64,000 nucleotides of DNA from Bacteroidales bacterium (GTDB lineage Bacteria; Bacteroidota; Bacteroidia; Bacteroidales; F082), in contig CAAGIO010000019.1 of assembly GCA_900769945.1 (NCBI GenBank), positions 16,414 through 80,413 on the forward strand, given 5' to 3'. Positions 47,001-55,027 of the stretch are shown piece by piece. The stretch's first letter is position 1, and each line of letters starts with the position of its first letter. The notes under the pieces were generated by a model, which was given only the letters and a program-made list of their open reading frames with translations, did no database searches and was not told the origin of the DNA. A program made the translations under genes and the position numbers.

Positions 47001-50000
47001 TCCTGTCATATTTGTCTTGGAATAGGCACCATAGCTGTGATAGTTGCTGTTGATAGCGAATGCCCTGCCGTCTTTGTTGTGGTTAGTAATAACGAATGCG
47101 CCGTAGCTTGCAACCATTGCCGCCTCATCTGAAACGCCGTATTCAATGCTCCACTCTGTGTTGTCACCTCCTGTAGCGAAGTCGGTGCCGCTGCCACCGT
47201 AACCAAGGACATCACCGTTGTTGTTGGTGAAGATGAAACCGTTGGCTGTTGCCGTAGCTGTCCATGCGTATGTGTCTTCATTGTCAAGAACCTCACTTGA
47301 TACCGTCTCGCCATTGTCGCCTTCCTCACTTGTGAATAAGAATCCCGCCGGCTTGCCCGATGTAGTGGCTGTCATGGCATAATATGAGTTCGTCTCCTCA
47401 TTGTGTCGTGCCGCAAAGATGATTTGTGAACCATCTTCCACACCCGAAATGTCACTGATACGCACATATTCAGGGTCGGTAGCTGCTCCCTGCTCTTTGA
47501 CCTCTCCTGTCACATGAACGTAAACGTCCTCAACTCCTTCTGATTCAAGTCGTAATGAGTCGGCATATACTCCAAGTGGAAGGTCTGCCTTGAGGCGTAC
47601 ATATATGCTGATGTCGTGGAAACAACCGTATGCGCCGTTAACCTTGATTCTGTTTTGTGACACGAAGTTGTCATCTCCTGTTGATGAAATCTCAAAGTTC
47701 TCCGAACGATATATCTTTAACGCTCCGTTGAGGTATGAGCCTCCAACACTCAATACTTTTGATTCAGATGGTCCGTTTCCAACCTCGTATTTTATGCCTG
47801 TAAGGTTTGTAGTGCTTGTGATGATTGTTGGAACATGCTGGTACTGAATGTCTTCTGCGCTAAATACTCGCATCTGTAATGTGTTGTAACAGCTGATGAT
47901 ACCTGTAACGGTGACCATGTCTGTCGTCATCATTCCGTTGACAACAGGCATCTTGTATATGTTAAGGGCGTTATCACCTTGGCTGATGACGGTGTTGCCG
48001 TTGTTGTTGATGTCACCAACAATAGCGTCTGTAATCTGAACGCGTGTCGATTGTAACATGTTGTCACCGGCGAAGTCAGCGTTGATTTCCTCTATCGTCT
48101 TGACTGCTAAAGGAAGCTCGTTGTTACTTGATGTGATGATTATTGTGCCGTTATTTGCGTTAACGCCAGTCAACTCAACAAGTCCTTTGTAGTCGCTTCT
48201 CTTTCCGTATGCCTTTACCTCGTCTCCGATAGCAAGTCCTGCAGGGGCAGCGTTCTTGTCAACGTAAACTACAATAGCTGCAGTGGCGTCTTGTACGTAG
48301 ATGTTACGTCCATCGATAAAGGTTACAATGCCGCTAACACAAGCGTACTCGTTGACATCTAATGCTCTAACAGTTGCGATGGCAGTTATTTCCGGGAATG
48401 TGTATGTTGCCGTAGCGATATTGCTGTTGTTCATTCCTGCCATCACCGCCATGGCTTTGATTGTTGTGGTCTCGTCTATGTTGATGGCGTCGGTATATAC
48501 GTTGCTTGCTGTTGTCGGCTCGCTGCCATCTGTTGTGTAATAGATGGTTGCGCCTTCTGTTGCACTGCTTATCGCAACAGCCTGTGGAGTGATGTATGTC
48601 CCTGCGGCAGGTGTGAATGTCGGTATTGCTGCTGACGATGCTTCTGTTACTGTTCCGGAAGCACTGATGGTCGCTGTTGTTTCTCCATTCTTTGCCGTTA
48701 TGCTTCCTGAATATGTGCCTTCAGCAAGGTCTGCCTTCATTCTTGCATAAACGATGGCATTCACCGTACCGTCTGTCGCTGCTACTGAAATGGTGTCGCT
48801 GAAAATACCGCTGTCTGTAGCACACAACTCAAATCCTTCCGATGCTGCTATCTCGATGCTCCCGTTGATGTATTCGCCGAAAACATTGATTGCCTCAGCT
48901 GTCGATGGACCGTTAAGCTCTTGGTATTCAAATGTTAATGATGCTGGTGATAATGTTATCTGTCCGGGTACAAGTGTGATGTCTCCTTCTTGTGCAACGC
49001 GAATCTGTACTGTGTTGAAACAACTGATGACGCCGATGACGTTAACATTATTTCCTTCAGAGATCTCACTTAATGCAGGTACTTTGTAGATGATGGTGCT
49101 GCTTTCTCCTTGTGACAGAGTGGTGTTCCCTGTAGTGTTTATCTCTCCTATCACTGCATTCTGTATCATTACGCGTGTTGATTGGAGGCTGTTGCTTCCT
49201 TCAAAATCGCTGAGTATCTCTGATATGGTCTTTACAGCTAATGGGAGTTCGTTGCCGCTCGATATTATTGAGAATTGTGCCTCATCGCTTCCATTGATGC
49301 CTGACAACTCTATGAGTCCTTTGTAAACAGCTTTCTTTCCGTATGCTGACACTTTGTCGCCAATCATTAGCTCTGATGGCACTGTGTTGCTGTTCAAGAA
49401 CAAATCGATACCGGCTGTCTCGTCCTGAATGTAGATGTTCCTACCGTCGATGAATGTGACAACGCCTTCTACTAATGCGTACTCGTTTGTGGCAAGTGCC
49501 TTGGCCTCGGCAATCGTTGATTTCTCAATCTTGGTGAATGTCGCTGATGCCACATCGCTTTCTGTAAAGCCTTCTTTATACGCCTTTGCCATCACTGTTG
49601 TGGTTGACGTTATTGTTAATGGCTCGGAATAGACGCTGCCTGCATCTGTAGGCTCAGTCCCATCAAGAGTGTAATATATTGTGGCTCCGTCTGTTGCACA
49701 TGTTATCGTCACTTCTTGTGTGTTGAAGAATGTGCCTCCGTTAGGAGTGATAGATGGTGTTGACACCGTCTCAATGGTTCCGCCGCCACCGCCTTCTACC
49801 TTCTTGTAAAGCTGAACCGGCTGCTGGCCAGTGTATGACGTTGACTTGAAATAACGGAATCGCATCTGGTTTGATGCATTGTTGAACCTCATCACTGATG
49901 TGTTCGATGTTATCAGCACCTCTGATTCTGAATAAGTCAAGGTGTTCAGCACTTCGGTGGTTCCAAAATTTAGTTTGTTACTATTTTTAGTGCCGGAAAT

Positions 50001-50312
50001 GTATTTGCCGTCGTTAGTGCTGCCATTGACTTTGATTGAATAGCCTCCAGTCATTGGGGCAATGGTGATTGTCACTGCATCTGTAGCGGTGATTTTGCCA
50101 TCGCTGATTGCGTATTGCGAATATCCGTTGGCGGCATCAAGACCATTCCACGAGTATGCGTCACCCGCATCTTCATACACGAGAAGATATTCACCCGACC
50201 AGTCCGCTGGTTCTGATGTGACCTTCTCGTAAGTTGTCTGACCAAATGCAATGTTGGCATTTGCCATGAGCAGCATGATGGCTGCAATCAAGAAAGTAAA
50301 CTTACGTCTCAT
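44019..50312 (-). CDS. Giant (2097 aa) T9SS-secreted multidomain surface protein with four chitobiase/hexosaminidase C-terminal-type domains, two choice-of-anchor-J-like domains and other duplicated modules
   Basis: Signal peptide MRRKFTFLIAAIMLLMANANIAFGQ. The C-terminal ~75 aa (AVYNIAGQPVIRQTISTGDNIINHDLRNGAYIVRTYNNSFVKNVKVIVER) is a T9SS sorting domain. Four TFTPxAGTY...ATIYYTTDGSEPT modules are present, and FSQDWEGEMNGW...EQWCISP occurs twice. Confidence 0.8.
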   Translation of the reverse strand: MRRKFTFLIAAIMLLMANANIAFGQTTYEKVTSEPADWSGEYLLVYEDAGDAYSWNGLDAANGYSQYAISDGKITATDAVTITIAPMTGGYSIKVNGSTNDGKYISGTKNSNKLNFGTTEVLNTLTYSESEVLITSNTSVMRFNNASNQMRFRYFKSTSYTGQQPVQLYKKVEGGGGGTIETVSTPSITPNGGTFFNTQEVTITCATDGATIYYTLDGTEPTDAGSVYSEPLTITSTTTVMAKAYKEGFTESDVASATFTKIEKSTIAEAKALATNEYALVEGVVTFIDGRNIYIQDETAGIDLFLNSNTVPSELMIGDKVSAYGKKAVYKGLIELSGINGSDEAQFSIISSGNELPLAVKTISEILSDFEGSNSLQSTRVMIQNAVIGEINTTGNTTLSQGESSTIIYKVPALSEISEGNNVNVIGVISCFNTVQIRVAQEGDITLVPGQITLSPASLTFEYQELNGPSTAEAINVFGEYINGSIEIAASEGFELCATDSGIFSDTISVAATDGTVNAIVYARMKADLAEGTYSGSITAKNGETTATISASGTVTEASSAAIPTFTPAAGTYITPQAVAISSATEGATIYYTTDGSEPTTASNVYTDAINIDETTTIKAMAVMAGMNNSNIATATYTFPEITAIATVRALDVNEYACVSGIVTFIDGRNIYVQDATAAIVVYVDKNAAPAGLAIGDEVKAYGKRSDYKGLVELTGVNANNGTIIITSSNNELPLAVKTIEEINADFAGDNMLQSTRVQITDAIVGDINNNGNTVISQGDNALNIYKMPVVNGMMTTDMVTVTGIISCYNTLQMRVFSAEDIQYQHVPTIITSTTNLTGIKYEVGNGPSESKVLSVGGSYLNGALKIYRSENFEISSTGDDNFVSQNRIKVNGAYGCFHDISIYVRLKADLPLGVYADSLRLESEGVEDVYVHVTGEVKEQGAATDPEYVRISDISGVEDGSQIIFAARHNEETNSYYAMTATTSGKPAGFLFTSEEGDNGETVSSEVLDNEDTYAWTATATANGFIFTNNNGDVLGYGGSGTDFATGGDNTEWSIEYGVSDEAAMVASYGAFVITNHNKDGRAFAINSNYHSYGAYSKTNMTGANAANYNFYIDMFVKAGGTPTVAMPTFTPEAGTYFEAQTVTIATATPDATIYFTTDGTEPTTSSSVYSEPIVVEESMTIKALAIKDGFVNSNIATAEYTIILGATTIFSQDWEGEMNGWTFVSVEGSNAWTIASYNNNKYANANGYNGGVNEQWCISPAFNIDSYSNVSLTFMNATKFTGPALELMISNNYDGQNPATATWQPLSFTLSAGNYEWVESGVISLDGYSGDNCHIGFKYTSTETEAASWEIDDIILLGFTSAPNINVTPTSLNFSYTEGNGPSSEQSVNISAINLNEDVVITLAGTSFEMSLTSGEAFVAQSTITLTPVAGSIEQTVYFRMAADLAVNTYDGSVSIDSQLDEITVSLSGNVVEQGEDWNKIYSVNELANGSQVILAARYDETTGNGYYAMPAVVSGKPDGVLFSSEINGGIEKLPSAIADDAATYLWNVTVEDGLITLTNTNGDALGYAGSSTNFAGNQYSQWTVAYETSEANAMIPNYSGFVFRNTDYDTRGIAMNASNKFGAYSTTNIASSDYNFFLDLFVQGGSVTPTVATPTFSMASGTYYNEIDVEIACATEDATIYYTTDGSEPSSESEVYTEAIHIDSEMTIKAIAIKDGYTDSNVASAYYNVITDVDVIFSQDWEGEMNGWSFVTVNGNKPWTIATYAGNKYANANGYGDDVDNEQWCISPEFNLSEYAGQNVILSFMNATKFEGPALELFFSNDFDGQDISSATWQPLTFNMSEGNYEWVESGEISLNAFSGMICYIAFKYTSSATDGAAAWEVDDIMLYASLSTDPYITVTPNSLNGFEYFYGDGPSEVQQFVLTAGNLVGEDGSDSGMITLNINTQNDFEMSLDETTFSTSIELPFENGTIEPTTIYVRLNALDVNTYESEVAIAASGVETMVSLSGEVKETLSIDEESESDLVIISVRNSFIVKNNTNGSLEMAVYNIAGQPVIRQTISTGDNIINHDLRNGAYIVRTYNNSFVKNVKVIVER
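44250..49770 (-). repeat. Intragenic tandem duplications inside the giant gene: two A-type units of about 375 aa and two B-type units of about 530 aa (about 1.59-kb DNA period)
   Basis: DNA at about 44700-45100 is near-identical to about 46290-46690, for example ...gactcaacccactcatagtttcc... against ...gactcaacccattcgtagttacc.... At protein level the paired blocks NEYALVEGVVTFIDGRNIYIQD/NEYACVSGIVTFIDGRNIYVQD and GKPAGFLFTSE/GKPDGVLFSSE are duplicated. Confidence 0.75.
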
Positions 50313-50372
50313 TTTTTTTTGTTATTTAAGTTTTTTATTAAGTTATTAAATATCAAAGAATTAAAACAACGA

Positions 50373-50396
50373 ACCGAATGCGTAACTACATTCGGT
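50373..50396 (-). terminator. Hairpin (8-bp stem ACCGAATG/CATTCGGT) downstream of the TIGR02757-like gene; possible terminator or 5'-UTR structure of the giant gene
   Basis: A perfect inverted repeat with an 8-nt loop. On the minus strand it is followed by a moderately U-rich stretch (UUCGUUGUUUUAA). Confidence 0.35.
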
Positions 50397-50405
50397 ATCA
50401 TTTTG

Positions 50406-50413
50406 CAAATATA
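50406..50413 (-). promoter_or_regulatory. Candidate -7 box (TATATTTG on the minus strand) for the giant T9SS gene
   Basis: Matches TAnnTTTG about 95 nt upstream of the ATG at 50312, in a very AT-rich 150-bp intergenic region. Confidence 0.3.
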
Positions 50414-50464
50414 AGTAATATATGTAAATATGATTAATAAATAATTATTAAAAAATGATTAAAT

Positions 50465-51205
50465 TCACATTAATTCAACTCCGAACAAGGCGAAGTCATA
50501 TTTTATCGGGTCGTCGTTGTCGAATTCGCGCAGCTTGTTTGTCAGGGCTTCAACTGTCTGTCTGTCATTGCTTTTCCTATCTATCAGGTTCAGTTCTCTC
50601 GATACCCGTGCCACATGTACGTCTAAAGGTATCATAAGGTCTTTGGGTTCTAAATGTTTCCATATTCCGAGGTCAACGATGCCGTCATTTCTTACAAGCC
50701 ATCTCAAAGCCATGTGCAGCCTCTTGCATGCTGAGCCTTTCTTCGGCTCTTGGCAGCAGGGGTTAGAGATGTGTTTGCTTGTCGCACCGTTGGCGTCGGC
50801 TATCTCGTCTCTAAATCTCTGTATTCCCTCCCATGGGTCGTGGCTTGCAAACAACTCTTCAATGCTGCTGTGTTGTAAATAAATGTGCCTTAGTCCGTTG
50901 CAGTAATAAATAAAGTCTCTGTTGAAGAAAGTGCGATGCACGCATTTGTCGGGTTCAAGGGTGTTGTATCCTTGCGACATGATATAGTCGTAAGGCGATT
51001 GCCCCATTGTGCCAAGCATCTTTTCTGCATTGTTCAGAATCATTTTCCTGTTTCCCCATGCTATTGTGGCGACAAGGAACGAGACTATCTCTATGTCGTG
51101 TTTTTCGTTGTATCTGTGTGGGAATTGTACGGGGTCGTCTTTAATGAACGCCTCGGTGTTGTTTTTCTCGACCAAGGAGTCCAAATATCCTTTCAGATCA
51201 TCCAT
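50465..51205 (-). CDS. TIGR02757/DUF2400-family protein
   Basis: I recognise the family from the IVSFLVATIAWGNRKMI and LDVHVARVSRELNLI blocks. The start was chosen at MDDLKGYLD because the upstream ORF extension lacks coding character. Confidence 0.5.
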   Translation of the reverse strand: MDDLKGYLDSLVEKNNTEAFIKDDPVQFPHRYNEKHDIEIVSFLVATIAWGNRKMILNNAEKMLGTMGQSPYDYIMSQGYNTLEPDKCVHRTFFNRDFIYYCNGLRHIYLQHSSIEELFASHDPWEGIQRFRDEIADANGATSKHISNPCCQEPKKGSACKRLHMALRWLVRNDGIVDLGIWKHLEPKDLMIPLDVHVARVSRELNLIDRKSNDRQTVEALTNKLREFDNDDPIKYDFALFGVELM

Positions 51206-51290
51206 ATTGCTTTGTAGTGTGCTTGTTGTGTTGTGTTTAGAAAAAAAATAAGCCCCAAAATGGGGCTTATTATAATGTTTTGATGTTGTA

Positions 51291-53189
51291 TTATTTAACA
51301 ACAACTTTCATTGTCTGGTTGTTAGCGTTAACGAAGTAAACACCGGCTTCGAGGTTGACATTGATTTCTTTTACATTGCTGTAAGTCTTAACCAACTGAC
51401 CAACAGTGTTGTAGATGTTAACGTCTGATTCGTTTGAAAGTGTTACGTTGAATGCGCCGTTTGCTGGGTTAGGATAGACGTTCATTGTAGCAACTGTCAT
51501 ATCGTTTTCTTCAACTGCCATGTAGTCGATATATACTTTAACTGCACGGTAGAAGTTGTTGTCACCAGCTGACTCGTCTGACTGTACGAATGTGCCAGGC
51601 TCTTGGTCGTTCTGGTAGCAAACGAAGATGAATTCACCTTCTGCGTCTGAATATACGTATGGGATAACTTGTTCATAAACCATCTCATCGTATGTGTTCA
51701 TGAAGTTGGTGAGGACCTGCTGTGTCTGATTCCATGTGTTGCCACCGTCGTCTGAAACTTTGCAGAATAATCTGAAGTAGTGCATTGTACCGTCGAAGTA
51801 CATTGTCTCGCTATCACCTGCGATCTGTGACCAGAAAGCGAATACTCTGTTGCCGTCTGCGAACATTGTTGGGAAGCCGGCTTTACCGCAGTTGTATTTT
51901 CCGTGCTCTGTCCAGAGTTCTGTGTTTGGCCAGTAACCTTCTGTTGCGTCGTGTGGAAGGACATTACCCTCAGCATCAACGATTTCGAGTGTACCGATGT
52001 GCTCTGGGAGCAGTTCGTGGTTAGCGTCTGACCAGTACCAGTCTGATGCGTAAAGGTCTTGGTAGATGTAAGTTGTATCGATGATGAAACCGTCACCATT
52101 CGGGATACCGCCGATGCAGAGTGAGTTCAATGGGAGATCTTCTCTCCAGTAGGCGATTGAGCCCATAGCTGGGTAGTAGTTGCCATCTCCACCTGCTGCG
52201 CCTGTGCAGCCGTTCCATTCATAAAGGACGTTGAGTTTGCCATTAGCATCGAAGAATGATGATGATGTACGTGGGTACCACATCTGTGTCTCGAAGTTTC
52301 CGAATGGGTTAGGATGCTGGAAGAACACTTTCTCGCTCCATGTTGCACCGTTGTCTTCTGAAATGACAACCTTGCCGTCACCCCATGAGCTGTTGACCAT
52401 GAAAGAAACGCGGTTTGGTGTCTCTGGGTTGTAAAGGAGGAAGTATGTGACGTTTGAGCCGTAGTCTAAGCAGTGTGTCTCATCGAGGAGTGGAAGAAGC
52501 TCGTGCTCAACCTCGAATGAACCGTTTGACCAACGTGAGTAGAGGATAGGGTCGCTGATGCCGTTGATAGCGATAGCGTTGTTTGTGTAAAGAAGGTGAA
52601 CGATGTCAAGGTTCTCGCCTGAACACATAACCACTGGCCAGCATGGATCGTGCTGTGCGTCTGATGTTAATGTCACACTCTCCCATGTTGTTCCACCGTT
52701 TCTGAAATCTTCGTTGATCCAGAATCTCAAATCGCTTGCTGTGTGAGCTGCGACAACGAGACCGTTCTCTTTGTAACGTGCGATTGAACCGAAGCCTGTC
52801 TTTACATCCTCAACGCGCTCGTCGTTGTATGTCCATTCACCAACTGCTGGGTCATAAACTGCAAGACCTGTTCCACGGTCTGAGAAGTCTGCGCTCTGAG
52901 CCATTGTGTAGCACATTACTGCGTATCCGTCAGGCCATACTGCGACATGATTCCTCTGACCTGAGTTTGACTGCCAGTCATAGTATGTCTGTGCGAGTTC
53001 TGTCTCTTCCGGATCAACTAAAATGCTTCTTGTTGATGCTGGGAAGTTGGCGTTGATATCCTCAAGACCTGTGTAAACCTGAACCTGTGCGGCCTCTTTT
53101 GATACGGTCTTGTGTGATAAGCCCTTAACTTGAGCAAATCCAGTGACGGCCATGGCCATCGCTAATGCAAATGTAAATGCTTTCTTCAT
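51291..53189 (-). CDS. T9SS cargo protein with BNR (Asp-box) repeats, sialidase/beta-propeller-like
   Basis: Signal peptide MKKAFTFALAMAMAVTGFAQ. Asp-boxes ISEDNGATWS and VSDDGGNTWN. The C-terminal YPNPANGAFNVTLSNESDVNIYNTVGQLVKTY...MKVVVK is a T9SS sorting domain. Confidence 0.7.
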   Translation of the reverse strand: MKKAFTFALAMAMAVTGFAQVKGLSHKTVSKEAAQVQVYTGLEDINANFPASTRSILVDPEETELAQTYYDWQSNSGQRNHVAVWPDGYAVMCYTMAQSADFSDRGTGLAVYDPAVGEWTYNDERVEDVKTGFGSIARYKENGLVVAAHTASDLRFWINEDFRNGGTTWESVTLTSDAQHDPCWPVVMCSGENLDIVHLLYTNNAIAINGISDPILYSRWSNGSFEVEHELLPLLDETHCLDYGSNVTYFLLYNPETPNRVSFMVNSSWGDGKVVISEDNGATWSEKVFFQHPNPFGNFETQMWYPRTSSSFFDANGKLNVLYEWNGCTGAAGGDGNYYPAMGSIAYWREDLPLNSLCIGGIPNGDGFIIDTTYIYQDLYASDWYWSDANHELLPEHIGTLEIVDAEGNVLPHDATEGYWPNTELWTEHGKYNCGKAGFPTMFADGNRVFAFWSQIAGDSETMYFDGTMHYFRLFCKVSDDGGNTWNQTQQVLTNFMNTYDEMVYEQVIPYVYSDAEGEFIFVCYQNDQEPGTFVQSDESAGDNNFYRAVKVYIDYMAVEENDMTVATMNVYPNPANGAFNVTLSNESDVNIYNTVGQLVKTYSNVKEINVNLEAGVYFVNANNQTMKVVVK

Positions 53190-53316
53190 AGTTTAATGAA
53201 TTTGGTTTAATTTTATGTTAATTAATACTTTGTTTTTCCAAAAACATATTCGGAGCAAAAATACAAAATATTTTTATATGTTGAGTCAAAACATGATGGA
53301 TTATTTTATTTTTTTT

Positions 53317-53324
53317 TATTTTTG
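53317..53324 (+). promoter_or_regulatory. Candidate -7 box TATTTTTG upstream of the 53351 gene
   Basis: Matches TAnnTTTG 27 nt upstream of the ATG, in a divergent AT-rich intergenic region. Confidence 0.3.
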
Positions 53325-53350
53325 CGCCACTTTTATTAGTTAAAATTATC

Positions 53351-54127
53351 TTGATGAAAAGAAATGTTACTTTTTTACGCGCTCTTATTACATCGTCGCT
53401 TATCTTTATTTCATTCTTGTCTTTTTCCCAATCTGTTGATAATGAAGTGATAATGAACCTCGGCTTTGAGAGGTGGGTCTCCGATGGTCCCTTCAAGGGT
53501 GAGCCGGAACACTGGCATGGCATCTCTTCTGCATCAGGCACTTATAAAGGGCTGCTCACCAAGCCTCAGATGGAGATGTCCCGTATTACACGTCCCGGTT
53601 CTGACGGGAATTATAGCGTGAGGCTCTTCCCACGAAGCATTTTCGGCGTTGTGGTCAACGGCACCTTCACTAACGGCCGCGTCAACGCTGGCAGCATGAT
53701 TCCTGACAATAAGGAAGACAACTACGCCTACACCTGCCGTGTCTCTCCCGATTTCTCTACACCTATTAATATAGTCCCCGACTCTGTAGCCCTATGGGTG
53801 TGCTTCCGTGCAAAAGAACAGTCATCGGAGGCTAATTTCGTCGCCGTGGTCCATGGTGACGCCGACTTCCGCTATTCGGGACCGGGTTACTCCTCCCCGG
53901 AGGACTCAGTCTGCGCTGTCGCCGGCCCATGCCATTTTACCCGCTCCTCACCAGCTAATTCCAACGAGTTCAAATGGAAAAGGATTTCCATCCCTTTTGT
54001 GAAAAATTACGATGTCGAACCACGCTATATCCTGTTCCTCTTCTCTACAAACAAAACAGCAGGTGGAGGCTCCTCCAAGGACGAGCTGTTTATCGATGAC
54101 ATCGAGTTGATTTATAATAAAAAATAA
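53351..54127 (+). CDS. Secreted hypothetical protein (signal peptide, beta-rich)
   Basis: N-terminal LRALITSSLIFISFLSFSQ signal; 258 aa. No catalytic motif recognised. It is followed after 63 nt by kdsA. Confidence 0.45.
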   Translation: MMKRNVTFLRALITSSLIFISFLSFSQSVDNEVIMNLGFERWVSDGPFKGEPEHWHGISSASGTYKGLLTKPQMEMSRITRPGSDGNYSVRLFPRSIFGVVVNGTFTNGRVNAGSMIPDNKEDNYAYTCRVSPDFSTPINIVPDSVALWVCFRAKEQSSEANFVAVVHGDADFRYSGPGYSSPEDSVCAVAGPCHFTRSSPANSNEFKWKRISIPFVKNYDVEPRYILFLFSTNKTAGGGSSKDELFIDDIELIYNKK

Positions 54128-54190
54128 CTTGGTGATAGGTCTTGCACCTTCATGAAAATGTAGTATCTTTGCAAACTGAAAAATATTGTA

Positions 54191-55009
54191 ATGAATATCG
54201 GTGATTATAACTTTCTGAAAGACCTTAGGCCAGACAGGTTCTTCCTTCTCGCCGGACCTTGCGTTATTGAAGATGAGCATTCTCCCTTCACTATAGCAGA
54301 GGCTTTGGTGAAGATTACCAAGAGCCTCGACATCCCTCTCGTCTTCAAAGGCTCCTATCGTAAGGCTAACCGCTCCCGTCTCGACTCCTTCCAAGGCATC
54401 GGTGACGAGCGCGCTCTTAACGTGTTGAGGATTATCTCCAAGGAACTCGGAGTCCCTACCGTCACTGATATCCATTCTTGTGAGGAAGCCGCAATGGCCG
54501 CTGAATATGTTGACATCCTTCAAATACCAGCCTTCCTCTGCCGCCAGACCGACCTGCTCGTGGCAGCCGCAAAAACAGGGAAGTCCGTCAACATCAAGAA
54601 AGGTCAGTTCCTGTCCGGCGAGTCGATGCGCTTCGCAGTCGAAAAAGTTCAACGCTCCGGCAACAACTCCGTGATGCTCACCGACAGAGGCAACTTCTAT
54701 GGATATAACGACCTTGTGGTGGATTACCGTAATATCTATGAGATGCAGAAATGTGATGTCCCCGTCATCATGGATGTCACACACTCTCTTCAACAGCCTA
54801 ACCAGTCGAATGGCGTGACTGGCGGGAAACCAGAACTTATAGGGCTGATTTCCAGAGCCGCCATCGCCGCAGGTGCTGACGGCATCTTTATGGAGACACA
54901 CCCTGACCCGTCAAAGGCGAAGTCGGACGGCGCCAATATGCTCCGCCTCGATCTCGTCGAACCTCTTCTGACACAACTTGTGAGAATAAAAGAATCTATT
55001 ATAAACTAA
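54191..55009 (+). CDS. kdsA: 3-deoxy-8-phosphooctulonate synthase (KDO8P synthase)
   Basis: LLAGPCVIEDE, FKGSYRKANRS, QIPAFLCRQTDLL and DVTHSLQ align with the conserved blocks of E. coli KdsA; 272 aa. Confidence 0.85.
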   Translation: MNIGDYNFLKDLRPDRFFLLAGPCVIEDEHSPFTIAEALVKITKSLDIPLVFKGSYRKANRSRLDSFQGIGDERALNVLRIISKELGVPTVTDIHSCEEAAMAAEYVDILQIPAFLCRQTDLLVAAAKTGKSVNIKKGQFLSGESMRFAVEKVQRSGNNSVMLTDRGNFYGYNDLVVDYRNIYEMQKCDVPVIMDVTHSLQQPNQSNGVTGGKPELIGLISRAAIAAGADGIFMETHPDPSKAKSDGANMLRLDLVEPLLTQLVRIKESIIN

Positions 55010-55027
55010 ATTAAAACTATCAACAAA

